Assembly (NCBI GenBank): GCA_051362555.1
Contig: CM120641.1
Coordinates: 41,174,401 to 41,238,400 of the forward strand
From: Lingula anatina
Lineage: Eukaryota > Animalia > Brachiopoda
DNA length: 64,000 nt
Direction of reading: 5' to 3'
The notes beneath the pieces were generated by a model that saw nothing but the letters and a program-made list of their open reading frames with translations, ran no database searches and was not told the DNA's origin. The position numbers and the translations under genes are program-made. Of the stretch, positions 11,601 to 25,200 are shown piece after piece (within the stretch, counting starts at the first letter, position 1; each line of letters opens with the position of its first letter).

Positions 11601-14600
11601 GTGGAGTCTGATACTGGAAATACAGGGCTAATTAACATAACAGGCAAAAAAAAAAAGCAGGGTTAAAGGCACAAAATCTAAAGTATGTCCTTTTATCGCA
11701 AAATTTTATACTCTTGGAGTTTTTAACACTTGGTTGCTTAGTCACCAAGGTATACCATATCCAAAACTAATTAAAGATTTATGACCCATATTTTTAACCC
11801 TTTATGCTCCTACTTTCAAGTTTTTGAGGTAATCTCTAAATGAAAAAACAGGAAATATTGCTGAAATTTCTAGTGAATTTATGATTTTTTTTTTTTTTTT
11901 TTTTTTTGAAATAAAAAGGCCTAACATGCCATTCAGGCCTTTAATCTTAGAAAATTTTACAAGATGTATGATAATTTACTGTAACATTTACCTCAAATAA
12001 GGTTGCAAGGAAACATTTTGTGAAACATTTTGTGAATATATTAAAACATCACTTTTGCTTTTCCATATTAAGATGGTTAAAATCTGTGAAAGGAGAGATG
12101 CCAGTATTTTTATGATGTTAAGCAGTGGCCAGGATAAAAAAACTGACAACACTATGCTATAATAAATGTAGATAAATTTCTTGTAGAAAGGCAAAAAGTT
12201 TCCCCTTAATAGGCATTTTGTATCCAAGATCCTGAAAACAAGATAATACTGTGAAAAAAATCAAGAGTGATTCTTTTCTCCTCTGCTAAAATAATCCCAT
12301 TCCAGAAAAAAACCTTAAAACTTCTTATAGTAGCACTATTCGAAAAAACAAACTATAATTCTTCACTCCCTGGTGCATTTATCCAAGGTTAAAAAATGTT
12401 AAGTGGCAGTAAAAAAGGTCCTTTGCCTAAGGACTAAAAGTTTAATATAATGAATCAAGCTACCAGTATGCCTTTTTTCACCAAATAATCAAATTGACAC
12501 TTAAATTTTATGTAAGACAAGAATTGCTCCTTTAATATCATATTACAGAAGTAAATAAACTCTTACATATGAATTGCTGACTTGTGTGGCAAATGAGGGA
12601 TGCTGAATGAGAGTAGGATGATGAATCGAAGCCGCGGTTGGCAATTCGTAAGCTGCTGTTACAAGAGGATGTGCCGCCCATGCTTCTGCACCTGGTAAAA
12701 ACGCAGCACCTAATTCTTCTGGAAACAGAAAAGATTGGACACTCAAGAACCACTTATTTAGACATCACAAGGGTTAGGCCTTAAACAATGGAATATTTAT
12801 TACTTTTCTTAATAAAGACCATAAAATAAGGTTATTCTTATTTGTAATACATAACCACACAATACTATATCATCAACTCCATACAATTTCAAAGTTTTAG
12901 CAGGCTACTAGTAAAAGACTAAGCTTCAGGTGTAGTACATAATAGCATTGTGCCAAGTGAGTTGAGTACAGTGCAGTATCTGCCGTGATAATTATCATCA
13001 TTAGTTGATTCCATATAGAACAAAGATTAGCACCCACTGTGCCTTATATCATGCTGTTTAACAATAATGCAGAAAAAGCCGAGGTAGCACAGACAGCACT
13101 AGGAGTCCCAATTAGCACTACTTTGACATGGCATGGAGTGAGCTTGCTTCATGCTGTGACCAATTCCTCTCCCATCAGAACTCAATCCTGCAGATCCGGG
13201 ATTGCCAATGCTGGCAGCTCATATTCAAGCTCTGGCATCATTGGCGATATTGAGACAAAATGACTGCATTGTCCAGGCTAGCAAACATCAGGTGGAAAGA
13301 GATCATCTTTCACCTGTGCTTTTGCTCTTTAATCTGCAGTGGTGACACAGCAAAGCCACAATATCCCCTTGCCGCTTGTTTACCGTATGACGTACAAAAA
13401 AAAAGAAGACCCTGGAAATTTTGATAGGCTGTCAAGGCAAACAGCCAAGGGTCTCATTACTGTCTTCTAAAATAGTTTCCACTGCAGGTAAACATACAGA
13501 AGAATAATTTTCATAATAAGAAGACATTTTCATTTTTGTAAATTCATGTTTTTTTTTTAATTTTGATTATTGAAAATGAGGTTTGAACACCCTTTTTTTT
13601 TTTTGCAAAAGAAAAATCAAATTTCAGATATCAGATCTTTAAAGTGGTTTTTAGATATCAGATTTAAAAAGTGGTTTTCATAGGAAATGTATATCGAAAC
13701 AGGTGTGGCCTTCCTAATCATACCCCCCCTTCCACTTCCACTGCCCCTAGAGCCACCCTCCCCATCCAAATTGTGTAACCAGTGCTGTCTGTGACCAAGG
13801 CATGCTTAAACAATGAGGCATGCACAACTTACGTCCAGTTAGAGGATGGATTATAGTTGGGTGCGTGGCTGCAGGTTGCGGTGATTGTTGCTTGGGCTTG
13901 GTCACCTTGGTGTTACTCTTGGCAAACTCTAACCTTAGAGTCTGGGGGAGATCAGGATCGAACCTTACGCCCTGCTACAAACAGCACAACATTACATAAA
14001 AAGAGTTTTGGCATAAAGTACGTGTTGCTTGAAGGATAATGATGATGATGATGATGATGTTGATGATGGAGAAGACACAGTCAGTGCCGAGTTATGTGGT
14101 GCCATATGGTGGTGCAATTTCAAGCTGTGATCCGATTGGTTGAAAAAAATCAATCTCTAAAAAACAACTCATAGACAATGATAATGAGCCATGACTCTGG
14201 ATTTGTTGTGTGCTCAATGCAAGGATCATAGTAGCATAAACTGTCTTGACACTGTGAGAGACTAGAATAAATATCGTGTGTGTGAGCAAAACCTACCTGC
14301 AAGTCTTGTTTAGCTGTTTCGGCAGCCACCCTTGACGTGAAGGTCACAAAGCCTACAGGCTAAAATTAGGAGAAACCACATTAAGTGTACATTCATGTAT
14401 TATTGACATTTATTATTACAGACAACATGAAAGGAAGCTCTAGACACATTTAAAGGAAGACAATAGACACTAATTACAACTGAATAATCTCAACAGATCA
14501 AATGAGTTACAAATTATCGAGGCACTGAATGGCAGAGTGTGTCTTTTAATATTAAAGTATTTATTCGCCATTAAGGATTACATGATAAAATAATGTTTGC

Positions 14601-17600
14601 AGTAAAATATAAATATGTAGATTAAGAAAATCCATATACACTTTTCAGTTGGGAACAAATAGGTGTTTAAATCAAAAATAAGTAAACATGTTTTACTTTG
14701 AAACAGTTTCTCTCACCAATAAATAAATAAATAAATATATAATTATTTGTACACGATTAATGCCAAATAATCTACTTTCGCCTTGTGGATATAAACAAAA
14801 CAGGTTTGTATTTCATGAAATTCATTGTAAACTGAAGTTAACGAAAATTTTGTTGAATACCATTCAATTTTAAAGCCAAAGGGACATATGCAGCTTCAAC
14901 ACATAGGGGTTCTCATGCAAGTCAATTCTGTGAGATGGTTTCAGTAGACAGTCATGGTCAGATATCTTTGTCTATTCAATTAATGCATAAATATAGTGCA
15001 CTCAGGGTCAAAGTAGATTTACTGCTGGAATAATCTGACAATCATTACTGTCTTCTGAAATTTGCCTTTGTTTAAAATGAAGGGTGCTGCTAATCCATTC
15101 TTATGTTTGACCACAATTGTTTTAAATAAAAGGTATTTAACAGGTTTTATCATTTTTTAGGGACTGAAGTCACTGGGTTGAAAAGCACAACTGTACCTTA
15201 TCCAAATTAGGTAGAAAAAAACTAAAGATTCTCAAAGATAGATGAAGATAACAAAACTTATGTATAAATTCAAAACCAACTCGAAGAAAAAACATTCTGA
15301 CAGCATTTTTTCCTATACATAATATCCTGTATTTATGTGCACAGAATGTGTAATTGTAGAATTATGGGGAAAAAAACAAATTTCATGGTAATTTCATCCT
15401 AAAATCAACTTTGCATGCATATATATATATATATACAAACATGTCTTGTTATCCATATATCAAACAACCTTCAATGTTAAAATAAAACTCGAGGAAAGCT
15501 CACTTAAAAATCAATACCCATGACGTATAAAAATCTTAAATCTAAAAAAAAATGGGTTTGCATTTCACGACTTTTTTACCAGTAAGCACATATACACAAC
15601 AGACTTGCAGCACCTCATTATTCAAATGAGACCAGTTCAAATTACCAGTCCACATTTATTGATCTTAAATGAAAAAGATTAGCCCAATCATTCTATTTTC
15701 AGCAGAAAACGAGAAAATCCGCTTTCTCATCCCTCCATGAGCTTTGAAATATTGAATTACAATCAAGTATCAGGGCTCTTGTCTGTTGTGCATCAAAGCC
15801 TCATCCAGTGTACAAAATTGCCTCTCCTAACGTTTTCTTGTGATGTTGTTAATACGTGTCTTGCAGAGTGTTGTTTTGCTGAGTCATCATGTGATAACAA
15901 CATGAAAAAAAAGCAACAGTTCTCATGTCGGGTGGTGCAGATACTTACTGAAGTAGTTTTGCCATTTTTGTTGGTGACTTTTAAAAGAGAACCTTCATAA
16001 CCCTGCAAAACGTGAAATAAAGTGCGTGAAAGGTGATGGTGCTCAAAGCGGTGTGCTGATTGTTCTAGAACACCCGTGATATCGGCCGTGGTGATTTCGG
16101 CCATTGTGATGGTGGTCTGCTGCAGTCGTCCCCCTCGATTGCAATTCCCTGTTGACAAATCTTGGTGAATGGAGGTCACAGTAAATGATCCCCATGATTG
16201 CTGGGAAGTCTAACTAATACATGGTTAGATGGTTACCAGAAAGAGGCACCCCAAAAGCTGACCACAACCTTACAACACAATCTGGACGTGCTACTCCCTC
16301 ATTGTGAAAAATCACTACTGAAAAGCAGTCTGTCCATAGCCAGTTTTAGAGCATTAATCCATAAATCCTGCCATTAATATCTGTTGAGCAAGGTTACCTT
16401 AGCATTTAAATTCTTTGCTCTGTTAGCTGATGGAGTGGCTCTTGTTATTAAAGTCCTATAGAAAGCTAGTATGATTATATAGAAAATACATGAGTTAGGA
16501 ATTTGTTCTGATAGATAATCATGTCATACAAAATCAAGGAAATGGTGTCATTTTTCTTCGTGTGATACACGACTTCATCCTGTGGCATTTCTGCGTCTGC
16601 TTCATAAGGTCTGAAAATGCATGCAAAATGGTAGCCATCAGAGAGACACAGACCTTCTTACTTACTACCTGCACTTGCAAAAAAAAAAAAAAAAAAAGAG
16701 GCAATTTCTGCCCATCCAAATGACTTTTGCATCCAAAACATGTACTTTCTTACCAACCACCAAGGAAAATGAGACTTGGCAAATTAGCCACGTATTTCTG
16801 AATGAGTCTGATGCAAATGCTATTTGTCTGTTCCACTTAGGGTTTCCAACTGAGTTTGTATGCTCCATCTTTACAACTGATGGAGCAATACCTAACATTC
16901 TGTGTGGATGAAAACAATTACTATTTTGTTACACAAACATCTTTTTCCATTAGTAAAAAGCCAGGGGGCATGTAATTCCTGCACTGGCAGATAATCAGCT
17001 GTGCTATCCAATGTGAATTTGAACAAGTTCGAAGATTACTGTACAGTGGCATGTCTGAAGTACAAAGCCACGTGAACATACATTTTGTCTGTTCTTTTTC
17101 TTTTTTCACAAGTCCAGAGGCCAGAAACGAGACATCAAGTCGCATAGATCTGCATCCGTTTGACAATTAAACTGCGTTGTTTTCTAGCTGAAGTCCAAGT
17201 AAGCTACATTTTGGCACAACCTGAGAATAGGATTACGTAACCCAGGTGCATGTGTCTGAATACATATATGTAAAAAAGCTCTATTGTTTTCTAGAGTGCA
17301 GGTAGCAGTACGATTGTCTGTGGTGCTCTGGCGTGTTAATTTTCTCTGAGTGCAGCAAAGCCAGCAAAGTGGGTGATACTCATGCAAGCACCCGGTTACT
17401 TACAGCATTGTTTTTGAGGTTACCCTTGGCCATTATTTTTAATAGAGAAGATTCATACCCCTACAAACAAAGCAGATTAGTACTAAAAAAGGCCTCCACC
17501 AGTTATATACACAGTTATATTAGTACAAGATACTGAGCCATGTTGGTAATACAGGTGAAACCCACTCAGGGCTCCCTCGGGAACGCACGCCTTGGAAATA

Positions 17601-19163
17601 AGACAAGGTAATCAAGGTAATGGAAAAGAATGCCAGGTCATCGCCTGAGAATTAATTCTCAAAGAACATCAATAGTAATTTAGCTTCAAATGAATAAGCT
17701 GTAATTAACACTCAAAAACATGAAACCAAGTGATATCTGATTACTAGATTACTTTACACCTGAGAAAAAGTTCAATATGTAACAACTGGGACGGAACAGA
17801 GAAAATCCAATAAAGAAAGTAAATGTTCCAGAATACAAGCTCTAAAAAACAATATATTGTATCTGATTGTAATAACATCAAACATTACTTCCTACAGCAC
17901 TGCTATTGCTACTTCCAATAAAAAAAAATTTCAAAAACAATTTTTCCAGTTAATGATCTGAATGGTAGTTTATATAAATTCACAATACAACTGCTTATAG
18001 TTTATTCTTAATTGTATGCCTTCAACATGCTACCAGTTTGAAACACACAAATACTTACCTTATAAGCTCTGAATAACAAATACAATTCCCTGGGCTTGGC
18101 GTCCATTGGTAGTCCACTTACAAATAATGTCCGCACCTGCGGTGGGGAAAGAAAACATTGGAAAATCAAAAGCTGATAGAAAATTTCAACAAGAGCATTG
18201 AACAGTGTACAATGAGCAGTATTTATGATATTCCAGCAAGCCCCAGCCTCTGTTATTCAAGAGCAGCTTATTTGTACAGTTTAACCTTTACGTATCCCCA
18301 ACTCAAAATAATAGGCAGCCAATTAACTGTTAAAATTTGAAATTTTTACTGGCACTTTTCAGGCATCTATTTTTCATACAATCATGAAACATGCATGCTA
18401 CATTTGTAAAGAAAACAGCACTAAACATGAATCAATTCAGGAATGAACACTTGAAATCAAAATCAAATTAACCTTAAGGCTTCTCCACAACTTTTATTAT
18501 TTAAAATGGAGTCTCCCAAGATAGTTGTAGAATGTGGTTTCCTAAATGGTCAGTTGAAGCCAGTAAAAAGTGTTGTAACATGTGCAAACATTCCAAAGAC
18601 ATCTTATCAAGCAATGCATCTCTCTTGATAGAGCAGATATAAATGGCAGGAGAGCATTGTAAAGATGCCTACAAAGGTTAGCTGACTGGGAGAGCAAAAA
18701 CTTCTGGTGCACTGATGCTGTTTCAGTTAAAATACAAAACTTCGAAAGCCAAACTGCATCCATCTTGGAGGTTATCTCAGTGACAAGCTCTGCCCTTTGC
18801 ATGTGTGTGAACCTCGCATGTGAGCAGAGAATATCTGCAACAGACGGAGACTTTTTTTCTCCTGCTCTATAACTACTCAACCAGGTAAAAAAAAAAAACA
18901 GGTACATGTGCTTGCTACTTCAATAAGAAGCACAGGTCTCTTATTGAAAAGGAACCATAAACTGAAAACCAAGCTGATTGTTACTTTGTCACAGCAGAAT
19001 GACCTGACTGTAGATGGCAGACCAGGTGTAGAGGTGCTATGTCACACTGTAAAGAGATGTGATACTCTGTGGGTGGGACTGAGGGTATCATAATGATCCT
19101 GAAGGGCTGTCACAGCTGATATATTAGCCAACCATATATAGCTTAGATATATGGTTTATAAAC

Positions 19164-19200
<37 letters not shown>

Positions 19201-22200
19201 AGCCTGAATGCAACAGAAAATTCCCTCCATATTCATACATACAACACTTAACATTATTGTGAGTATCAGCCAAGATCTGATGAAATAATTATAAATATCT
19301 TATGGAATTTTAAAGTAGATAGCTTAATATTTCAAAGAATACACATCTGTTGCTGGTAAACAGTCTAATATATGTGGCGTCAGCATCAGCCAAGATACGA
19401 TAAAATGATGATGAATACCTGAGGACAACAGAATGACAACTGATCAACAAATGTCTGTCAGTGTCATCACTGTGATTGAGGCCAATTAGTCTTTCAAACA
19501 AATATCCAGAGAAACTGTTGAATATTTTAAAATACCTACTACAAAATAAACCTAATATCACCACCCATGAATCCACACCCTCCCTTCCCACTTCCTTTAC
19601 TCCAGCTACAATGTACTGATCAATGAAGGCTTCACTTCCTAGCACACTTGTACGTGATCAATAGAACAAGTAGCTAAGACAGATTTCATTTAAAATTAAC
19701 TCTGACAGACAATGTCTGTGAGAGCCTGCTAATTGCAGACATTCAGGTGAATGTGTTGAGGTTAGGACAGTTCAATTTCTAGCAATTGCCCTCCTCCCCT
19801 TCTCACTGCCATCTCTCCCTGTGCACGGAACAATCTTATCACCTCCTTGTCATTTATTACACCTTTATCAGTCATCTTACCAGCCTGTAGTATATGGCCT
19901 GCCGATCAGCTGAGATAAACGAAGATATGATAGACAAGTTTGCTGAGATAAACGTACACAGAAAACCCCCAAGAGTGCCTATGAGTTAGATGGATCGACC
20001 ATGTGTACATTTTCAAGCAATAAAATCTCTGTTTTGACTATCAGATTTCATTTATTTGAATTCCAGTCCTGTCATTGAGATGTCAATTATCATGCATGCT
20101 TTTTAACTGTTAGATATATACTGGGTGAGAGTTCACTAATGTGTATAGGAGTAATGAACCATATTGTATCGCTGACAACTGTTAGGAAAAAAAAAGATTG
20201 GCAAAAATAAAATTGATATATCTTAAGCCTAAGGGCTTACTTACATACACGCATACACTGTTTGCTAATGTGATTAGTGAATATAAAACCATAACTGAAA
20301 ACCAATTTTTTACAGGTTGCTAGGTCTAGAAGGTAAGATATCTTACATCAAGTATCTTAAACATAATTTTCTACTTTGAGCAACAGGGAAACATGAGGGG
20401 TATGACAAATGTCACCAAAATAATACTGTATGTTTGGTTTTTTGAAGTTTAAACTAAACAAAAGTAACTGAAACATTGTTACCCATGTAAACGTATATGT
20501 TTATGAGAAAAAATATCTCCTAAAAATTCTCTGTAACAGTATAAATTTTTTTAGTGGTCTCTTTAATTTAATGTGACATTTCAAAACCACTGGTGGAACC
20601 AAGGGCATATGATTGGACATTTGACAGCTCGGCGACTATTCAAACTTGGAAAAACACCATTACAATTCATTTGGTTTGTTCAACCTCTCCCAGCCCCTCC
20701 TGCGTGTTGTATATAGTCAGACCTGTGGTATTATATATCGTAAATGTCAAACCAAGGCCAACAGGGCCACCAAGTTAAAATATTTATTAATCCTATTCCA
20801 TTTACAATTGTATCAATGTTATTTTCTTTTCAAATGGTACATATTCAGCAAGCAGTGTTGTTTTAAGCGTGCGTCTGGATTGTAGAAATGTGTGGCAATC
20901 AGTGAAGTGAAAAAGTAAGCTCGGTTTCTATGCCGTCTTGAGGCTGTGCAGGTACCTAACACCTGTTACAAACACAGTCTTGCAAGGGTCTCAATGCAAA
21001 TTAAATGCAAAAACACAAGTCTTTGTTCTGGTCTGTATGGAGGCATGATTTCCCCCAAGACCTTCAAGAAGAGAAAAATCCTCACAACTTAAGACTGTTA
21101 GAGTAAGTAGAAGGGGATTACGTCTGACCACGAATACCCCACAATTCCACAGTGAAACGAAAAAAAATTTTTCACTTGAAGCAACCACTGTTATGCATTG
21201 GTTTGAATTACTCGAAAGGAAGCAGTTAATTTGCTTCCACTTGTATTTTTCCCCCAGAAATGTTACAGCCAAATTTTTTAACTTCCAACTTCTTCATTGA
21301 GTTACAATGCCTACGTGAGAACACATCAATCCAGACGATTAATTTTAAGAAAGTTCCGATACCTTGGGCGACCCTCCAGAAAACACTTTATCAGTAAATT
21401 TGACAAAAGCTGTTGTTAATTTATTGCAACTCATTGTTTCGAAGGTGATGGTTCAAGTTACTTGACATACTACAAAACAGGACGCAATGCATAACATGAG
21501 AAAAAGACAGCAGGATTTCTTAGATCATAAACTCTGGGGCAAAAATAGGAAAGTAAATGAAAGGTCTTGGGAAGAATGTAACCCTCCTGTTCACGGTTTC
21601 TAATAATGCCAATTGCTCTCCCTGTAGCAATATGGCAAATGATGACATGGTCTGGGTCAATAATTTCCCCTCTGCTGGAAGGTGTGTACCCCTCAGCATC
21701 TAGCATCCAAAGGCAATGTTTTCCATAGTCTGAAAAACTTAATGCCAGTGTCTCAAACCTATGTTTCTGCCAACCCTACCCTTTTTGGCAATTGCTGCCC
21801 AGTTGCTGAAAGTAAGGGCAATGTTTCTTCTTGCTAGAACAAATATTCTTCTTATTTGTAGTGAAAATATCAGCATCAGCTTGTACAAGTGACTTTTATT
21901 ATAGCTTGGGTTTGAGAAAGGTAAAGTCAACAATGAAATAGGCACAGCCTGGAGCCTGGGGTGTCTTCCCTCATTTCCAGAATTATTCTTGATTAGGGGC
22001 AACTGGAGCCAGAATTGTGTTCTAGGGGAAACACAAGGCTGACATTAGGGACTCGACCATGAGAGCAGTTTTGCTGGAAGCCTCGGTAAGAATTCTAAGC
22101 TGCTCCTACCGGGCTGCACACTGAAACCAGATGTATCTAAGTCAGAACTGTGAGTGGTTGGGAAAGAGCTGCTGAAGGTAGAAAAACAATCAAACGGCCA

Positions 22201-25200
22201 GCACCCAGCTACCTTAATGTAGGATTTAATATGATTATGTAACCTGTCTACAAAAACAATCACTTAAGAGATTCCTGCATTTACAAAAATAAAAATAAGG
22301 TTTCCTTTACTTTTGACACAACCTTAATCAAATGTGTGACTAATTTTGCAAATATATATATGTTAATGAAGTTTGAAAATTTAGTATTAGATTTTTAAAA
22401 CATCATTTATGTGAAACATGCATACACTAGTACATGCAAAAATATAGTCAGTGGTGGACTGAAAATCTTTATGTCTACATTTTTCCCAAAGAAATGGACA
22501 TAATTGACACTTGGAAAACTTAAAATCATCAACTGAGCTCTCTTACTGTGCATAGCCACTCAGTTATTGAGCTAAGAGATAATATTTGGAAAATTGCCTC
22601 CCAAACACTGAATCCAATAACGAACATCTTCTCATCCCACTATCTTCCCTTGTACACGTGTAATTCAATTTCTGCAAGCACCAGTCAAGTCAGTCGAGGA
22701 AAGTACTCCACTTAGGAGCTCCGACTAGTCAATCCTTCTTCACATATTTGCAGAGACTTTTTGGTCAATATGAAATGTTAGTTTAAACTTGTTAGGCTGT
22801 GAACTGCTTAGCCAAGCTTATGTACACAGGGAACAGGGGTTACCGTGATTTACACAGAGTATTTCCACTACAATCTCCTCACCTCTTGTGTATCTTTTTT
22901 TATTATATGTTGTTGAAATACATGCAGAAATCAAACAATATCAAGTAGTCATAGGGCATGAAATAGGATTACACATGTCTGTCACTGTGCAGCGTCTGGG
23001 ATCCCAAGAGTCTGGCAGCATGCTCTGCCACTTCCACCAAGACAGGTGACAATTGTTTTAAATAATGCATTTTATATAGCAGCCAACCCTAAAAAAACAG
23101 TTCCATTAGTAATTGAGAAGTTGGGAGAGAAAATGGAAGAAAATCAAATCTGATCTAAAAGCGGCATAATAAGTGACCTGGAACAAAGGTGGCCTATTCC
23201 CATAGCAATTGTTGAGTTCCAGTTTGAAGCTAGGCTAGTGTTGCACTATAATCGTCCTACCTTAGGCGAGAAAGCTACCTTGGGCCCCAAGCCTCTTAGA
23301 CTGGGAGGGCAGAGTTTAAGTGTTCAGTAGCTGTTAAATATACTCAGTAAGGACAGAGGTATACATGTACTTGTTTTATTTCTGATTTTTTCTTCTGGAG
23401 AGGAGGGGTCCCTGCCAATGTAACAGTGCTAGATGTATGACAGTGAAAACTTGATGACACACCACATACACTAAATAAACCCCATCAACAGATAAAATTC
23501 TCTATTTGCAAATATCCATCATTTCACTTTAAATAAAACACCTGATAAATTGCACTTTGTTCAGGATTTCTGCACCTCTACTTTTGTTCTTCCCTCAATA
23601 AAAATTATCTTTTCATCTATAATAATTTAATTTAATTTCATTTCATTGTTATACAGTAGAAAGAGATACTTTGTTCCTGACAGTTTTATTTGTCTGAAGT
23701 GATAAAGTATTTGTACTTTAACATAAGCACTACTTTTTATAAGAATTATCTTATCTTGTTACAACTTCATTAATTAAATTTCATTGTTCGTCAAGGAGAT
23801 GGTCTGTTTTTATCAGTTTATTTGTTTAAGTTGATAAGAAAATGTTCTTATTTGTTTGCTTTACCAGCAGCTTATCTTGAGTAAGATTATCTTTTCAGAT
23901 TGTTTATTGAATCCCACTGTCTCTAAAAACTAGATATCAGCCTATGAGTATCTACATGTACACATACATTAATGTAACCCAAACAAAGGTTGACGAACTC
24001 AGAAATAAATATCTCAGACCCGGATTCTTGCATCTATACAAACAGATGTACATATTTCCCATTTTCTCTTGCTCTTTACAAATCTCAACATCTTCAAGAC
24101 CAGCTCTGAAACCTACGCATTTCTTTCAACAGTGATAAATATCAAGAGCATGGCAGTTTTAGATAATAACCTATTACTCATCTGCTTACTACTTATTTCT
24201 TTCCCTTCAAGGTAACATAGATCATTTCCCCGTGTGACCTGTGAGAGGTGCTAATAAGAAATAGATTACTTTGGATGTGGAATGGGAGTCACATTTCCAT
24301 GGAAATGTATTCTTTGTATCACAAATAATTTCAGAATAAACAGATTATTCTTGAATAAGAAACTTTGCCCTGTCAACACTTGATAAATATTAGATTCAGT
24401 GACTTTAGATAATAACTGAGTAAAGGGATCTCGTAGGACATCTCTCATGACAGAATCTTTTTGTATTGCCAATAATTCAGAATACACAAATGGATTGTTA
24501 TAAAATAAGAAGGTCAACAAGTGATCTATATATGTGTGTATGTACATAGACATATATACATATTAATGTATTAGATTCAGTGACATTCACTAATAATTCT
24601 GCACAGGGCTCTCGAGACATTTCTCATGACAGTGGTTAATAATTCAAAGGAAATATGTTATCGAGTATTACTGTCTGGAAAACAGCAAGACAATCTTATT
24701 CTTCATCCATACAACCAGCCCTTTCCACAATGGGACTGTGCCTTGTGAAGGTGATCAGTGTTTCAATTAGTAGTCTTTTACACCAAGGACAATGTCCAAG
24801 AAAGAAGATGGGGGAAATATTGATCTCTATCTCCTTTACACTTGCTTGTGACAAATTGCATATGGCTGACAGGAGAAATTATAGGAAAGGCAGCAACCCT
24901 AGCACTCTAATCACTTCAAAGTAATGCCCAATTCCAGATCTACTTTCTGAAAAAAATTCTCCTCAGAGTGCTTCCACACCCTTGTCTCTCATGAGAGAAT
25001 GCTATTTTCCTTATTGCTTATTGACTGCATTTTTGCAAGGGCAAGTGGATCCACTTCTCACAGGAGATTACAGCAGAAAAAGCAATGATATTCGGAGTGC
25101 AGCCCATATCAAAGCTCAATCAGCAAGATATGATTAATTAGCTGTGTGTGTGAATACAATGCTCTTTGCAGAAATATTCCACTTATTAAGGATTTGATAC

